Shown in pieces: positions 25,140-37,439 of a stretch of 64,000 nt of DNA. The stretch is from Lama guanicoe (taxonomy: Eukaryota): contig MU053472.1 in the NCBI GenBank assembly GCA_013239625.1, positions 930,001 through 994,000 of the forward strand. Reading direction: 5' to 3'. Position numbers and translations under genes: made by a program. Under the pieces are notes generated by a model. The model saw only the letters and a program-made list of their open reading frames with translations. It made no database searches and was not told where the DNA came from. How positions within the stretch are numbered: position 1 is the first letter of the stretch; each line of letters opens with the position of its first letter.

Positions 25140-25690
25140 ATTCCAGACACTGCACTGAGTGTTGGGGACCCAGTGGTAAACAAAACAGACGCCATCACTG
25201 CCCTGCGGGAGGGCACTAGATATACAATAAAGAACAAGACAGGTGTAAGGCTTGCTCCTATGAAGCTTACAGTCTAGCAGAGACAGATATCAATCAAATG
25301 GTCACATCAGCATATAATCACTGAATGTGATGAATGCTGGGAAGGAGAAAGGCATGAACTTATTTCTACTAGCCCCAAACTGGAAACAACTCACATGCCC
25401 AAAAGAAGCCAGAATGGCTGCAATACAAGAGGCAGAACAGTCTAGATGAAGCTGAAGAGGTGGGCGAGGGTCCTGGGCAGGCAGGGACAGGTCAAAGATG
25501 GGTCTTTGATCCAAAGGGGAAGAGAAAGCCACAGATGGGTTTTAAGCAGAGAGTAACATGATTCAGTGTACACATTAGGAACACCATTCGCTGCAGATAT
25601 GCTGGGCAGATGGGATTGGAGAGGCCCAAAGCACAAACAGGAAGACTGGTTAGGAGTCCTTCCAAGTGGTCTGTGAGAGTATCCACAGTG
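25140..25690 (-). mobile_element. L2 LINE (resumes at ~26400-26480 after an L1 insertion)
   Basis: ccagacactgcactgagtgttggggacccagtggtaaacaaaacagac and gggttttaagcagagagtaacatgattcag are reverse-strand L2 motifs. Confidence 0.75.
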
Positions 25691-25699
25691 GCTTGCAAC

Positions 25700-26385
25700 A
25701 AACAAATGCAAGGATACTTAGTATCATTAATCATCGGAGAAACACAAAGTACCGCCATGACAAGATTCTACTACATATCCATCAGAAAGGCTAAAATTTA
25801 AGACTGACAATACCAAAGGTTAGTGAGGATGTGAAGCAACTGGAACTCTCATACACTGCTGGTGGGAGTGTAAATTAGTACAACTATTCTGAAAAAGATA
25901 TTGGGTAATATCTATTAAAGTTAAAAATAAAGTTAAATATATGCTATAACCCAGAATAAGGCCCAGCAAAAGACATGAGCTTCATTTGTAATAGCAAAAA
26001 GCGATAAACAACCCAAATAACCAACAACTGCAGAATGGGCAAATAAACCATGGTATAGCCACACAGTGGAACATTATATAGCAATGAAAAAGAAAATCTA
26101 ATACACACCCCATGGATGAATCTTGCAACAGAAGAGAGGACGTACTGTATGTTTCTATTTATATGAAGCTCAAAAACAGGCAAATGAAATCTGGAAGGAC
26201 AGTGGTCAGAATAATTGTTATCTTTGGGAGAGACCATGACCACGATGGAGGAAAAGGAAGCCTGCGGTGAAGCTGGGAACGTTCTATATCTCCATCTGGA
26301 TGGTGGTTACAACAGTGTCAAAATTATCAAACTTAGCATTTAGGATGTGTACACTTTACTAAATATGTTACACCTCAAAAAAGCT
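25700..26385 (+). mobile_element. Old L1 (L1MD/ME-like) 3' fragment
   Basis: gactgacaataccaaaggttagtgaggatgtgaagcaactggaactctcatacactgctggtgggagtgtaaattagtacaac. Confidence 0.85.
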
Positions 26386-29300
26386 TAATGAAAAGAATTG
26401 AAAGTGGCTTGGACTAGGAAGGTGGCAGAGGTGATGGAGAGATGTGGACAGAATAGACAGACATTTTAAAGGTAAAATAATACCTCCCTGGCTTGCCTCA
26501 CCAGAGTGTCTTGAGGATTGAATGAGATAACATACAGGAAAGGTTGTCACCCAGTGGCTTTCTTCCTGCAAAAACTTCAACTAAAACAAAAAAGAATTCC
26601 AGGCTTAGAGCTAATTCATTCTGAACGGCCCCACAGCACCAACCTCCCCGTACCCCAGAGGGAGAGCATAATAAAAGTGTTTGCCTCAAATATGGGATTT
26701 CTGGCTTTCCAGAAGGTGTAGATTCAACCAGAAGACCCAGCACCAGCCTGGAGACTGACTAGGCTGGGAGATTCGCAGGGCTTCTTGGTAGTAACAAGGC
26801 CACTTGCTTTCCAGCTGCAACGTAACCACTCGTGGCCGCCCCCGAGTCCCTCCTTATCCTAATTGCGTTGAATCACACCATCTTCATGCCATAACGGGAT
26901 TTCCACGGGTGACATGGGGTTGCAGCTAAGACTGGATGAGGCTGCTGCTAGTGAAATCGGATGAGGGCTCCTTAGGGGAAGCCACAGAAAGCTCCCCAAG
27001 GGCCCTCCCCGCAACCGTGTGCGGCAGGCATTTCTAACAGATGAGGACACCAGAGCTTAAAAAGGGGGAGGCGGTTGCCCAGCCCAGGCTGGTAAGAGCA
27101 GAGCTGAAACGTGACCCAGACCTCCCAGCTCTGGTTCACTGCCCTGCTGCTCCACCAGTGTGGTCCCTCCACAGCCCAAGCTCTGACAGCATCAACTATG
27201 GCAAAGCCAAATTCACTGTCCTTGACAGGCAGAGGCTCAGACATAAAGGGTCACTGGTAAGTAACCTGATTCAGCAGACCCCCCCCATCTTTTGGATCTT
27301 TAGGGGGCCATTTCACGGCTCACTCATGTTGAAAGTCCCCCAGGGAGCAGTGCTGCTCAGAAGGAGACAGTCTACCGGGGCACCAATGATGCGGACATGA
27401 GCAACCAGTCATATCTGCTCTGAAAGTTTTTCAGGCCAAGATCATTCTTGTCATGGTTGATGGTGTGGAGTTGTGGGTCTAAATCAACTTCTTATCTGTG
27501 AGCATGATAGGTACAAAAAAGACCCATTTGGAGGGGAAACCCTGGGTTTGCCTACAAGAGGGCACTCTAGTCTGCCTACACACACAGGTGGAGAGACCTT
27601 CCAGGTGGAAAGAACTCTTCTCAATCTCTTTAATTTTAGTCTTAGGATGTCATCTGGGTTGCAAAGTCTAAGGATCTCCACGCCCTCAGTGGGTGATTCG
27701 AAATTCTAGGCTTCCTTCTGGAGGCCCACGGGATAGTGCGGCCATGAAATACATTTTTCTAGCCCAGAGCCAATGCCCAGCTTAGGACAGTGACTAAAAG
27801 TCTCAGTCCAAAGGCTCGAAGTACAAGATAAAACTTTTCTTTCTCTTTAATGCAATTTAATTTCCATTCTGAGTCTCCATTCCACTGGCAGTGGGGAAAA
27901 AATTTCAGTATCAGGTATTTCTGGATTTTCTCCAGCTCTTGCCTTTCCCCTAGACTTTCTTGCAAGTTACAGGGGCTCATGCAGTACTGAGGACAAGGGG
28001 TACCACACAATCCACCTGTTATCTGCCCGCCCTCTAAGAGGACCCCCTTTTCTTCCCCGACTTGGGCCTTCAGTTCTGTGCTCCTCGGGGCCATGATAGA
28101 AGGCATATCAGTGATTCTACTTCTCTTATCCTGGGCGTGAGATTCCCCATGAAGCCACAGATGCCAGCTGCCCGGACCCACCTCTCAGCCAAGCCCTCTG
28201 GGTTCTCACCCTCTGAGGTCCAGCGAAGCCTAAACTCTCTACTTGGAAACAGTGGCCATCCTGCCAAGGGCCTGAGGTTTTGGAAGAATTGATTTACTTA
28301 AAAAAATATACACTTAAGTATAAAGAAAAAAGAAAACAACCATAGTCCCAACACCCAGAATCAACCACTATTAGAGTCTTGGCACATCCAGGCCCTTGAT
28401 CCAGATTATTTTTTGTCTTAAGTAAAACTGCCCTATTGTTTTTGCAAACATTATCCATACTCATTACAAAAATTCAGACAATAACTAAAAATTCCAAGCC
28501 TGTGGAGTGTGGGGGTAATAACGATGGCATCTGTGTATTAGAAAGTTTACAGGCTGCTGGGTGGAGGAGAGTCTGGTGGTCGACCAGGGAAGAGGCAGGA
28601 AATGACGAGGACCCACTGTAACAGTGCACAGTGGGAAAGAAGAAGATGGATTGGATTTGGACAGACAGCTGGGGCACATGCTCCAATGGGCATTCTAAAC
28701 CCTTTCCTTGCTTCCAGCTAAGTCCCTAGAAAGCCACAGAGCTGGACCACATTAGGTGAGCCTCCTTCAGGATCGCCTTCACTGAGCCTGAGCTTTCACA
28801 CTGTGCCCTCTGCTTTTATTGAGGGCAGATACCATAAACAGCCACATGAAGATCCAGGCTGCACCTGCTGTAAATCTGCAATGGAAGCCTTTATCCGTAC
28901 GCTTTTGGAGTCCCAGAGAAGTGCCTCGGGTGATGACTGCCTGTTTGAATGTAGTACCAGAGAGCAGTTTGTCTCTCTTGAAAAGAAAGTGGCATACTTT
29001 TTCTCCCAGGTAGTGGGAATGATGTAATCCAATGTATTTCCCTTTTTGCCCTGCTTGCCAAGAAGCTCAAAGCCTAATTTCATCTTATATCAGTTCTGTG
29101 CCTAAACACTTTTAACCTCTTCATTGCTTTTCCATCTTAATTTTAATAACTGTGTTGCAGATGTATCTTCTGAGAAAATCTTTTATGAAGAACTCCCACT
29201 TCAGAGGCCGATGGACAACAGGTGTTCAGTCAGTGTTTGATGAATGAAGGAAGTCGTAAATGAAAAAGCCAAATTTTAATTCTGCTTGACAGCAGACAGG

Positions 29301-29747
29301 GTAATTCAGAGGCAGACACCTCTAGTGGCCATGGGCACAGCCCACAGGAAATGATGGGGCATTTTAGGAATTAATAAGGAATTAATGGAAGTGTCTCTTC
29401 TGAAATGAGTAAACATAACTTTCTCTCGGAGCTTAAGTACTATTCAGGAGACACTAAACCAATGCAGGGAAGAAACAAAAATGCGGTAAGAGTGTGTGCA
29501 TGTGTTTGATCTTCTGAACTACCCTTGGCAACAGCTACCCTTTGCCTATCAAATTCCTACCCATCCTTCAGTATATAAGGCAAGCCATCCCTGGATCCTC
29601 CCAGCTCATGATTATAATTGTATCCCATTGCACGTATGTAGTACCTTACAAACATACTGCCTGCCATTCAATTCTTTCAACGACCCAATGAATCAAACAG
29701 TATTAGCATTGTTTATATTTCACAAGTGAAAATAATTGGGGCTCTTA

Positions 29748-30498
29748 AGCTGTTCCGTCCCCTGTGGTTAGCCACTAGCCATTTGTAACTACTAAACACT
29801 TGAAATTTGGCTAGTCTGACTTGAGATGTGCTGTAAGTGCAAAACACACAACAGATTTCAAAGACAGTACAAAAAAACATAAAATACCTCTTTAATAATT
29901 TGTACAGTAATGATGTGTTGAAGTGATAATATCTTGGTTATACTGAGTTCAATAAAATATACTCTAAATTAATGATAATAAATTAATTAGTATAAACTAA
30001 GTTATAGTCTAATTTCGCCTGTTTTTTCCCCTGATATTTTGCTTTTTTTAACTTTTTTTTAATTGAGTAATAGTCATTTTACAATGTTGTGTCAAACTCC
30101 AGTGTAGAGCACAATTTTTCAGTTATACATGAACATACATTTTTTTTCGCTGTGAGCTACCACAAGATCTTGTGTATATTTCCCTGTGCTATATAGTATA
30201 ATCTTGTTTATCTGCATATGCCTGTCAGTATCTACAAATTTTGAAATCCCAGTCTGTCCCTTCCCACCCCTCGCCCCATTGGCAACCACACGTTTGTATT
30301 CTATGTCTATGAGTCTGTTTCTGTTTTGTATGTATGTTCTTACTTTTTTTTTTAAGATTCCTCTTATGAGCGATCTCATATGGCATTTTTCTTTCTCTTT
30401 CTGGCTTACTTCACTTAGAATGACATTCTCCAGGGATCTCCTGTTTCTTTTTACTTTTAAAAAGTGCCTACTAGGAAATTTAAACTTGCTGCTGCTCT
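29748..30498. mobile_element. MER3-like hAT-Charlie element split by an L1 insertion
   Basis: tagccactagccatttg...cacttgaaatttggctagt...gagatgtgctgtaagtgcaaaacaca; resumes at ~30440 with cctgtttctttttacttttaaaaagtgcctactaggaaatttaaa. Confidence 0.8.
30044..30434 (-). mobile_element. Young 5'-truncated L1 (camelid/cetartiodactyl type) 3' end
   Basis: Poly-T, then ttacaatgttgtgtcaaactccagtgtagagcaca...tttccctgtgctata...ctggcttacttcacttagaatgacattctccagg. Confidence 0.85.
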
Positions 30499-30502
30499 GG
30501 AT

Positions 30503-30716
30503 CAGGGGTCAGCCAACGTTTTCTGGAAAACACTTCAGTAAAACCTGATAGTAAATACTTTAGGCCTGGCAGGCCGTGTGGTCTCTGTTGCAACCACTCT
30601 GCCCCTGCAGTGCAAAAGCAGCCACAGATGATGGTCAATAAATGGGCATGGCTGGGCTTCAATAATTCTAGTTACAAAAGCAGGCAGCAGGGTGAGCAGT
30701 AATTTGCTGACTCTTA
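30503..30716. mobile_element. MER58A-like hAT-Charlie element
   Basis: caggggtcagccaac...gatagtaaatactttaggc...gtctctgttgcaaccactc...tttgctgactctt; flanks ctctggat/ctctagag resemble an 8-bp hAT TSD. Confidence 0.8.
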
Positions 30717-30889
30717 CTCTAGAGCAAAAAAACACCGGTGCAAGAGCTCAGGATTAGGAATAAGAGGGGTTTGGATTCTGGCTCTGCCTGTTGCCAGCTG
30801 TGTAATTGTGGGTGGGTTACTTAACTGCTCTGAGCCTCGCTTTCTTTGTCCAAAAAATAGGGATAATTAGTCCAAAAGAAAGTGGGCAA

Positions 30890-31102
30890 TGTACAGCAGA
30901 AATTGACACAACATTGTAAACAGACTGTACTTTAATAAAAATATGTTTTTAAAAAAAATATAAATAAATAAACCTCTCTAAAAAAAAAAGAAAGTGAGCA
31001 AGAACATGAAAATGAATCCATGTATGTATACACATGACTGGGACATTGTGCTGTACACCAGAAATTGACACATTGTAACTGACTATACTTCAGTTTTTTT
31101 AA
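30890..31102 (+). mobile_element. Two stacked short L1 3' tails
   Basis: Each contains tgtaca-cagaaattgacaca..ttgtaa; bounded by AAAGTGRGCAA at 30879, 30991 and 31103. Confidence 0.8.
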
Positions 31103-32700
31103 AAAGTGGGCAAAAAATATGGACAGACAATTCATAGAATATAAATGGCTGAGAGGTGTAGAAAATATGTTTAACTTCACTGCAAGAGACAATGAAGATT
31201 AAGACAATAATGCGATGCATTTACCTCCCAATTGAAAAGGTTTTTTTAAATTACGAAGTGTGCGCTTACATATACGTCTCCTGTATGGTTAGTGGGGATG
31301 TAAATTGATATAACCCTTCTGGAAAGCAATTTAGCAATATGGATCAAAAATCTCTTAAAATGTATACTCTTTGGATTAACAGATACACATGACTATATTT
31401 GAAATAGATAAACAACAAGGACCTACTGTATAGCACAGGGAACTATATTCAGTTTCTCGTAATGAGCTGTAATAGAAAAGAATCCGAAAAAAATGTATGT
31501 ATATGTATAGCTGAATCACTTTGCTGTACACCTGAAACTAACATTGTAAATCAACTACTCTTCAATAAAAAATAAGAATTAAAGAAAAAAATTTTTCAAT
31601 TTATACCCTTTGACCCTGTAATTCCACTTTAAGGAATCTATCCTAAAGAATAAGCAGAGATGAGGACAGAGATTTATGGACAAAGATGTTCACTGCAGTG
31701 TTATTTATAACAGTGAGAAGCTAGAAGCAACTTGTACATCCAGCAATTAGAATGGTGGTTAAATAAATGTTGACATATCAAGTTGATCAGAACTAAGCAA
31801 ACATAAAAATTGTGTTTAAGATATTTAATAGCACAGAAAATAAGCGCTTTATCATACCAAGTGGAAAAAGGAATACAAGACTGTATATACCATGCTATAC
31901 TAAGAGCAGGGGTAGGTGCACATTTTTTTGCATTTATTTGCATAGGAAAAAAGTGCAAAAATGCACAGGTATCCTGCCAAGTGTTATCTCAGGGCAGAGG
32001 GATTATGTGTGGAATCTGTTTTCTTTCTTTGCTATTGTCTGTGTTTTCTAATGTTCTTCCTTCAGAATGTATTACTTTTATACCCAGAAAAGTAATAGTA
32101 AAACACCTTAAGCCCTCAACCCAATCAAAAAATGGGCAAAGCATATAGATAGATGACATGTAAAAAAGGCAAAGAAGATAGGAAAAAATAGCAAATAAAT
32201 ATTAAGGTCCCCATTCTCAGGAGTATTCAGTGAAATTAAAACAGAGTTGTTGTTTTTTTTTTTTATACATCAGCTTAGCAAAAAGAGAGAAAAAAAGATG
32301 TATAATGGTATTAATGGCAAGGATAGAAGGTGATGAGGGTCCTCTCATGTATTTTGTGGGGAGCATGCAGCCTTTTTGGAGGACAGCTTGGCAACAGCCA
32401 TAAAAATGTTAATGGCACATTCTGTTCCATTCAGCAATTCCACCTCTAGGGATTGAGCACATGTGCACGAAAGGCCTGTATTAGAATGTTCAGGGAAGCA
32501 TTACTTATTGCGTTCAGTATCGAAAAATTGGAAAGAGCTCACATGTCCATCAGTGGGAGAAATATGGTGAACCCATTCCATGGAATATTAGGTAGAAGTA
32601 ACAGCAAATGAGGAAAAGAAAAGCAAACTACAGAAGAACACAACAGAATGATCACATTCATGGGAAAAAAACATACATATGAAAATTCTACCTCATAGCT
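31103..32700 (+). mobile_element. Old L1ME-like fragments
   Basis: gggcaaaaaatatggacagacaattcatagaa, cttctggaaagcaatttagcaata, ccctttgaccctgtaattccactt, aagatgttcactgcagtgttatttataa. Confidence 0.75.
31373..31592 (+). mobile_element. Cetartiodactyl-type L1 3' end nested in L1ME
   Basis: aaacaacaaggacctactgtatagcacagggaactatattcag...ctgaatcactttgctgtacacctgaaactaac; degenerate TSD aatgtatactcttt / aatttatacccttt. Confidence 0.85.
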
Positions 32701-32809
32701 CTTTGAAGGGGAGGGAGACAGGGAGGCAGAGTGTGACCAGGGTACAGGGAGGTGACAAAGGCTTCTCCCTTTGAGTCCATAAGCTGCTCTCTTATTATTA
32801 AGCACTCTG

Positions 32810-33030
32810 GGTCAACAGCTCAAGCTCTGGACTGCCTGGGCTTAAATCCTGGCCCCACCACTTATGGTCTGACTTTGGGCAAATTGCTTAACCGCCTCAA
32901 AATCTCAGTTCCCTCTTCTATAAAATAGGGATAATATGGTACCCACTCCATGAAGCTGCGGAGGAAATGAAATGAGGAAACGTAGATAAAGCACTTAACA
33001 CAGAGCCTGGTCCTCAAATGTTAACTGCCA
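32810..33030 (+). mobile_element. MIR SINE
   Basis: gactgcctgggcttaaatcctggcccc...tctcagttccctcttctataaaatagggataat...aaagcacttaacacagagcctgg. Confidence 0.8.
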
Positions 33031-34708
33031 TCCTTAGGGCCATTAGGATCAGAAACATGGCACAAAATACTTTCATTAAATATCCACACAAAGATAGAAA
33101 TGTTAAAAGGGCCAATAAATTTATATACACGGAAATGAAGGGGAGGATCCCAAACCAGGGAAGGAGCTATGAAAATGTAGGTACCCAGCGCACAGCAGGT
33201 TACGAACTTAAGATCTTCGACCCCTGGAGTCAGCCTGTCTCAGAATCTTCCACTTGCTAGTTGTGCAGTTTCTCTGCACCTTTGTTGCTCTGCATCTCAG
33301 TTTCCTCATCTACAGCCCAGTGGGTAATAATTCAGTACCAATCAGTTTATATGGGATACCGTTCTTGGAAAAGTGCCTGGCACAGAGTGAGCATTAACTA
33401 TTTTGGCTGTTGCTACCGACAGTCCTATCAGCAGCACAGTAGTAGCAGAGGTACCACAACTACTGCTATTGCTAAATGTCTTATCTCCCCCAAGTGGCCC
33501 CCAGACTCCTCCAGGGCAGCACCAACATCTCACTCTTATGAGCCCCTCTCCAGCGCCTGACAGACAGCAGCCACGTATATCTTTGCAAGATTGCTATCAC
33601 TGCCTTAGTCTGATGTGTGAGTTTAAAAACAGAACGAGAGGCAGCCTGAGGGAACGGGAAGGACACAAGCTTCAGAGTAGGATTAGCCCTGAATTCCAAT
33701 CCTGGTTCTTCTCCCACCTGGGTGACCTCAGGCTGGCATGTCATTGACGGAGTCTCCCTAATCCTTGGCTCCTCATCAGTGAGAAGGCTTCATAATATCA
33801 TATACCTCGTAAGGTAATTAAGAAAAATAAAGGAGGTAATTCACATGACCCCTCACCCCCCAGCCTGCAATAGGTGCCCAGTAATGTTGGCTGCTTAATG
33901 CTACTCTATGCTGGCTTCATAGGGATGAGAATGGCAAGTGTGTACTAAGCCTGCTTGGATGCTTGGATCATAATTAGACTTCACCTCACATCCATTCACA
34001 GTATGTCACAACTCAGACCAAGTGCCTACCAGGGAAATAGCCACTTAAAATGCAGAATTTGAAAAGCTGTGGAGGGGTAGTAACTTCTCAGAGGCTGGGT
34101 TGTACACAACACAGGTGGGTGGGGCCGGGTGGAATCTACATCATGATAATCATGACAACAATAGCAACAATGTCTTCCCAGGCCCTGAGCTAAGCGCCTT
34201 ACATCTATTAACTGCTTTATTCTTTACAACATTCCCATCAGGTTTCACTCCCAATACAAATACCCCCAATTTACAGATGGGAAAATGAGTCTGAAAACTG
34301 TAAAGAAACTTTCCAAGGTCATAGACAGGAAGTAGTAGAACAAGAATCTGTTTCTAGGACTCAAATTCTGAACTTGTCCTCTTCGAGGGAGATAAGGTGT
34401 GCGTGTGTGAGCGGGCACACACACACACACACACCTGCGCACACATGCGCGCCTCAATGCTGCCCGTGGGCAAGGATGGGTGGGTCTGCTGGGCCTCAGA
34501 CGTATTCACCCTCACTTTGTCTGCTTTGTTGAGGAAAAAGGGGCATCGCACAACACATCTAGGCAGAGCTGAGGCCCTGAGCCCCCAGCGTCTTGGCGGT
34601 TCAGCAGCAGCAGCCCTTGTCTTGCCTCAACACACAATCTTTTTTTAAGTCTATACTTTTCTGAATGATTAAACATTTTACAGTAAATATATATTTACTG
34701 TAAAAAAG

Positions 34709-34710
<2 letters not shown>

Positions 34711-34745
<35 letters not shown>
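34711..34745. repeat. (AC)n microsatellite
   Basis: Perfect AC run. Confidence 0.95.
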
Positions 34746-34748
<3 letters not shown>

Positions 34749-35509
34749 TAAATAAATAAAAGCTCCAGAAGGTGGGGGAGGCAGGAGTCAGGAGTTCAGA
34801 ATCACAGACTAGTAGAAGCAGAGAAGACCTGGCTGTGCTGCCCTCTTGGGGCCGGCAGATGGCGGGGCAGGGGCAGGAGGCCAGGGACAGAGAGGTCCCA
34901 GGCTGGTCTAAGCAGCAGCCTTCACCCTCCCAAGCCCTGGAGCACACACAGGCCCAAGGAGCACCTTGGCACTGGGCACCCCGGACCACTCTGCACCCCA
35001 GCAGTAACGGCTGTCTGGTTGTCTGGTGGGTTTTCTTCCTGGCAGGGTGGACTAGGTCTCAGCTCTAGACATGAGGGCAGTTGGCATCACAGAGATGAGA
35101 AACCGTGGCCAGTGGAACCCATTCCTGGATCCTTTTATTTAACTGCCACAAGTTGTGCTTTGTGAACGGGCAAGGGATCTAGGTGAGAATATGATGCTTG
35201 CAAGCAGGAGGGACAGTATGGGACTGAATGACAAAGCCAGCTATGTGTTGCACAAGTCCACATGGCAGTGTGCAAAGTATGTGTACCAGCGCCCATCTGA
35301 GCGTTGCAAAGGGAAGGCAGCCCGACACTCCCCAGGTACCCTTACAGGCTTTTTCCAGGCCCGAGATCCTGGGTGTCGGTTTTAGAGAGTGAGAAGAAAT
35401 CAAATGGTAAAATTGTGCTTGCATTCAAGTGTGCAAGATGCACCAGGGAGAGCTCAAAGTGTCACCAGGGGTGTGCGTTGTTGGGCAATGGAGCCAGCCA
35501 GGAGAGGCC

Positions 35510-36080
35510 ACTGCTCCTTTCCTACCTAATCAAACCTCCTGGCATTGACAGAGGGGAATTGGGGGTGGAGAGATCGGCTTCACCATTATCTCTGCTCTCG
35601 AGGCACCTTCTCCTCCCTCCCTTTCTCCCTCCCTCCCTTCTCCATCCCAGCTTTGCTCCCGCCTATGAAAAATCAGCAAATAAAAAGTTACATTAACCCC
35701 ACCCTGACCTCACCGACATAATACACTGCAGGCTGATGCGCTGCCTTTGGAAGCTCGCTGAGAACCTGTCACTCTCCAATGTCCCGAGCACAGCCTGGGG
35801 AGCATTTACCGGATAATTAATATATTAAATGCATGAAAAATAGTTACACAGACTTCCCCTCCCCACCCAGGGAAGGGGGGTGGGATGCAAAAAAGACAGA
35901 TTCAGGCTGTATACCATCAATATAAAAGCATCCCCCGAATAGCCGTCATAAAAACTGTTCATAATTTTATAGCTTCATTCCTGTTGGAGCACCATAAAGG
36001 CAAGTCATATTTTTTACACTCAGGATGCCCCATAAAAAAAAAAAAGGAGCAAGCGAGAAAACGAGAACTTGGCAGGAGGC
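35510..36080. promoter_or_regulatory. Candidate enhancer with posterior HOX/CDX-type motifs
   Basis: Repeat-free; GTCATAAAA 35945-35953, TTTTATAG 35965-35972, CCATAAA 35992 and 36030, TAATTAAT ~35814. Confidence 0.5.
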
Positions 36081-36775
36081 TCTTTACTCTCACCTGAGGG
36101 TGAGGGACAAGAAGGCGCCCCCCACGTTTGTCCTCTCTGACCCCCTTCTTCCATCATATTCTTGGCCTGGTTGTGAATTCTGATGAGTCCACCAGAATGA
36201 TTATTAATTGAATGATTTTATTGCTTTTTATTTGGCCTTTTTTTCCCTTTTTGCTGATTCCATATTTGCCTTTTTATAAGGATGGAGGTAGTGGTGGAGA
36301 TAAGGTAGTTCTCTGTGTCCAGGTCCTTCAACCCCTTTACCTTTCTTCTGAGAGGCTGGGGTATGAGGAGTGAAGTGACGGGGGTCTAGTTGGACCACAT
36401 AGATATGTTAAGGTTCAGGTGCAGAAAGGAGTAGGGACCATGAGCATGTCTTTTGTGGGAGATGCTAAGGGCTCCAAACCAGGTGATGGGGAGAGAAGGA
36501 AGAGGAAGTTCTGGCATGGAGTAACTAGTGCCTCTGATGTCCTGACCTTAAACTGATGTGGGATGAGCCTTTCAGGGTCCCTGGCAGAAGCCAAGTAGGT
36601 GTTTCCCACACAAGACAGAGTAGGGGGGGCATTTGAAATCCGACAGACCCACACCTGATCCCCACCCCGGGAGCAGAACAGCCAAAGCTCAGAAGGAGGC
36701 TGTTCCTCTCATAGTCAGCCCCGCACTGTTCCAGGAAGACATGAATAGCAAGATGACTCCTTTACAGAAATACCT

Positions 36776-36779
<4 letters not shown>

Positions 36780-36810
<31 letters not shown>
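36780..36810. repeat. (CA)n microsatellite
   Basis: Perfect CA run. Confidence 0.95.
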
Positions 36811-36814
<4 letters not shown>

Positions 36815-37439
36815 CTCCTAGGCCTTCAGAGAGACCTGCCACGCTCCTCCTGGCCCAAAGAAGAACCCTTGACCCCACTCCTAGCCCTGGAGTGGGACAG
36901 CAGGTTGGGGAAGTGTTTCTCTCCTTCGCAGGGGTCAGGCTCGGGCCCAGCAGACACACAGGAGAGAGACACTGATGCGCACTCCTGATGCCTGTGTGAG
37001 GAGCTGTGGACGCATGGGGGAGACAGATACTTGCGGAGAGACAAGCGAAGAAGGCGACCCACCGCCTGACACTCACCTCTGCCGCCTGCCCCTTAAGCCT
37101 GGAGTGTCTGTGGACAGAGTGGCAAGAAGGGCCAGCCAGGCAGCTGGATGCGGAGGCCCGGGGCTGGGGCAGTGCTGGGGTGCGCGCCACTGTGCGGTCG
37201 CTGGCCGTGGTGCTGAAAAGGGAGTGGTTTTTGTTTTGTTTTTTCCTTCCAGGCACTGAGTTTTCTGGCGGGCTTCCAGCTTGGCCTTACAGGTCCAGGT
37301 TGGCACTTCCATCCTTCCAAAGTATCTGCCACTTCTGTGGGCTTGGGCTGACTTCTTCCCAACTAAACTGAACAATGTGTGCCTCCCTTTCCTTGGGGTT
37401 TCTGCAATTTACCTGCCTTTCTCCATCCTGCTGTCCCTG

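Noticed and set aside
26813..26928. Inverted repeat agctgcaac/gttgcagct as a possible miRNA hairpin or MITE
   Set aside because: Only 9 bp of pairing, ~100 nt apart, with no extended stem or TSD.
29315..29330. CTCF-like GGCCACTAGAGGTGTC on the minus strand (also 15361-15375 and 12521-12535)
   Set aside because: Mismatches or a missing base at key core positions.
30874..31113. CRISPR-like array (11-bp repeats at 112-bp spacing)
   Set aside because: Mammalian DNA; the repeats are target-site duplications and the spacers are L1 tails; no cas genes.
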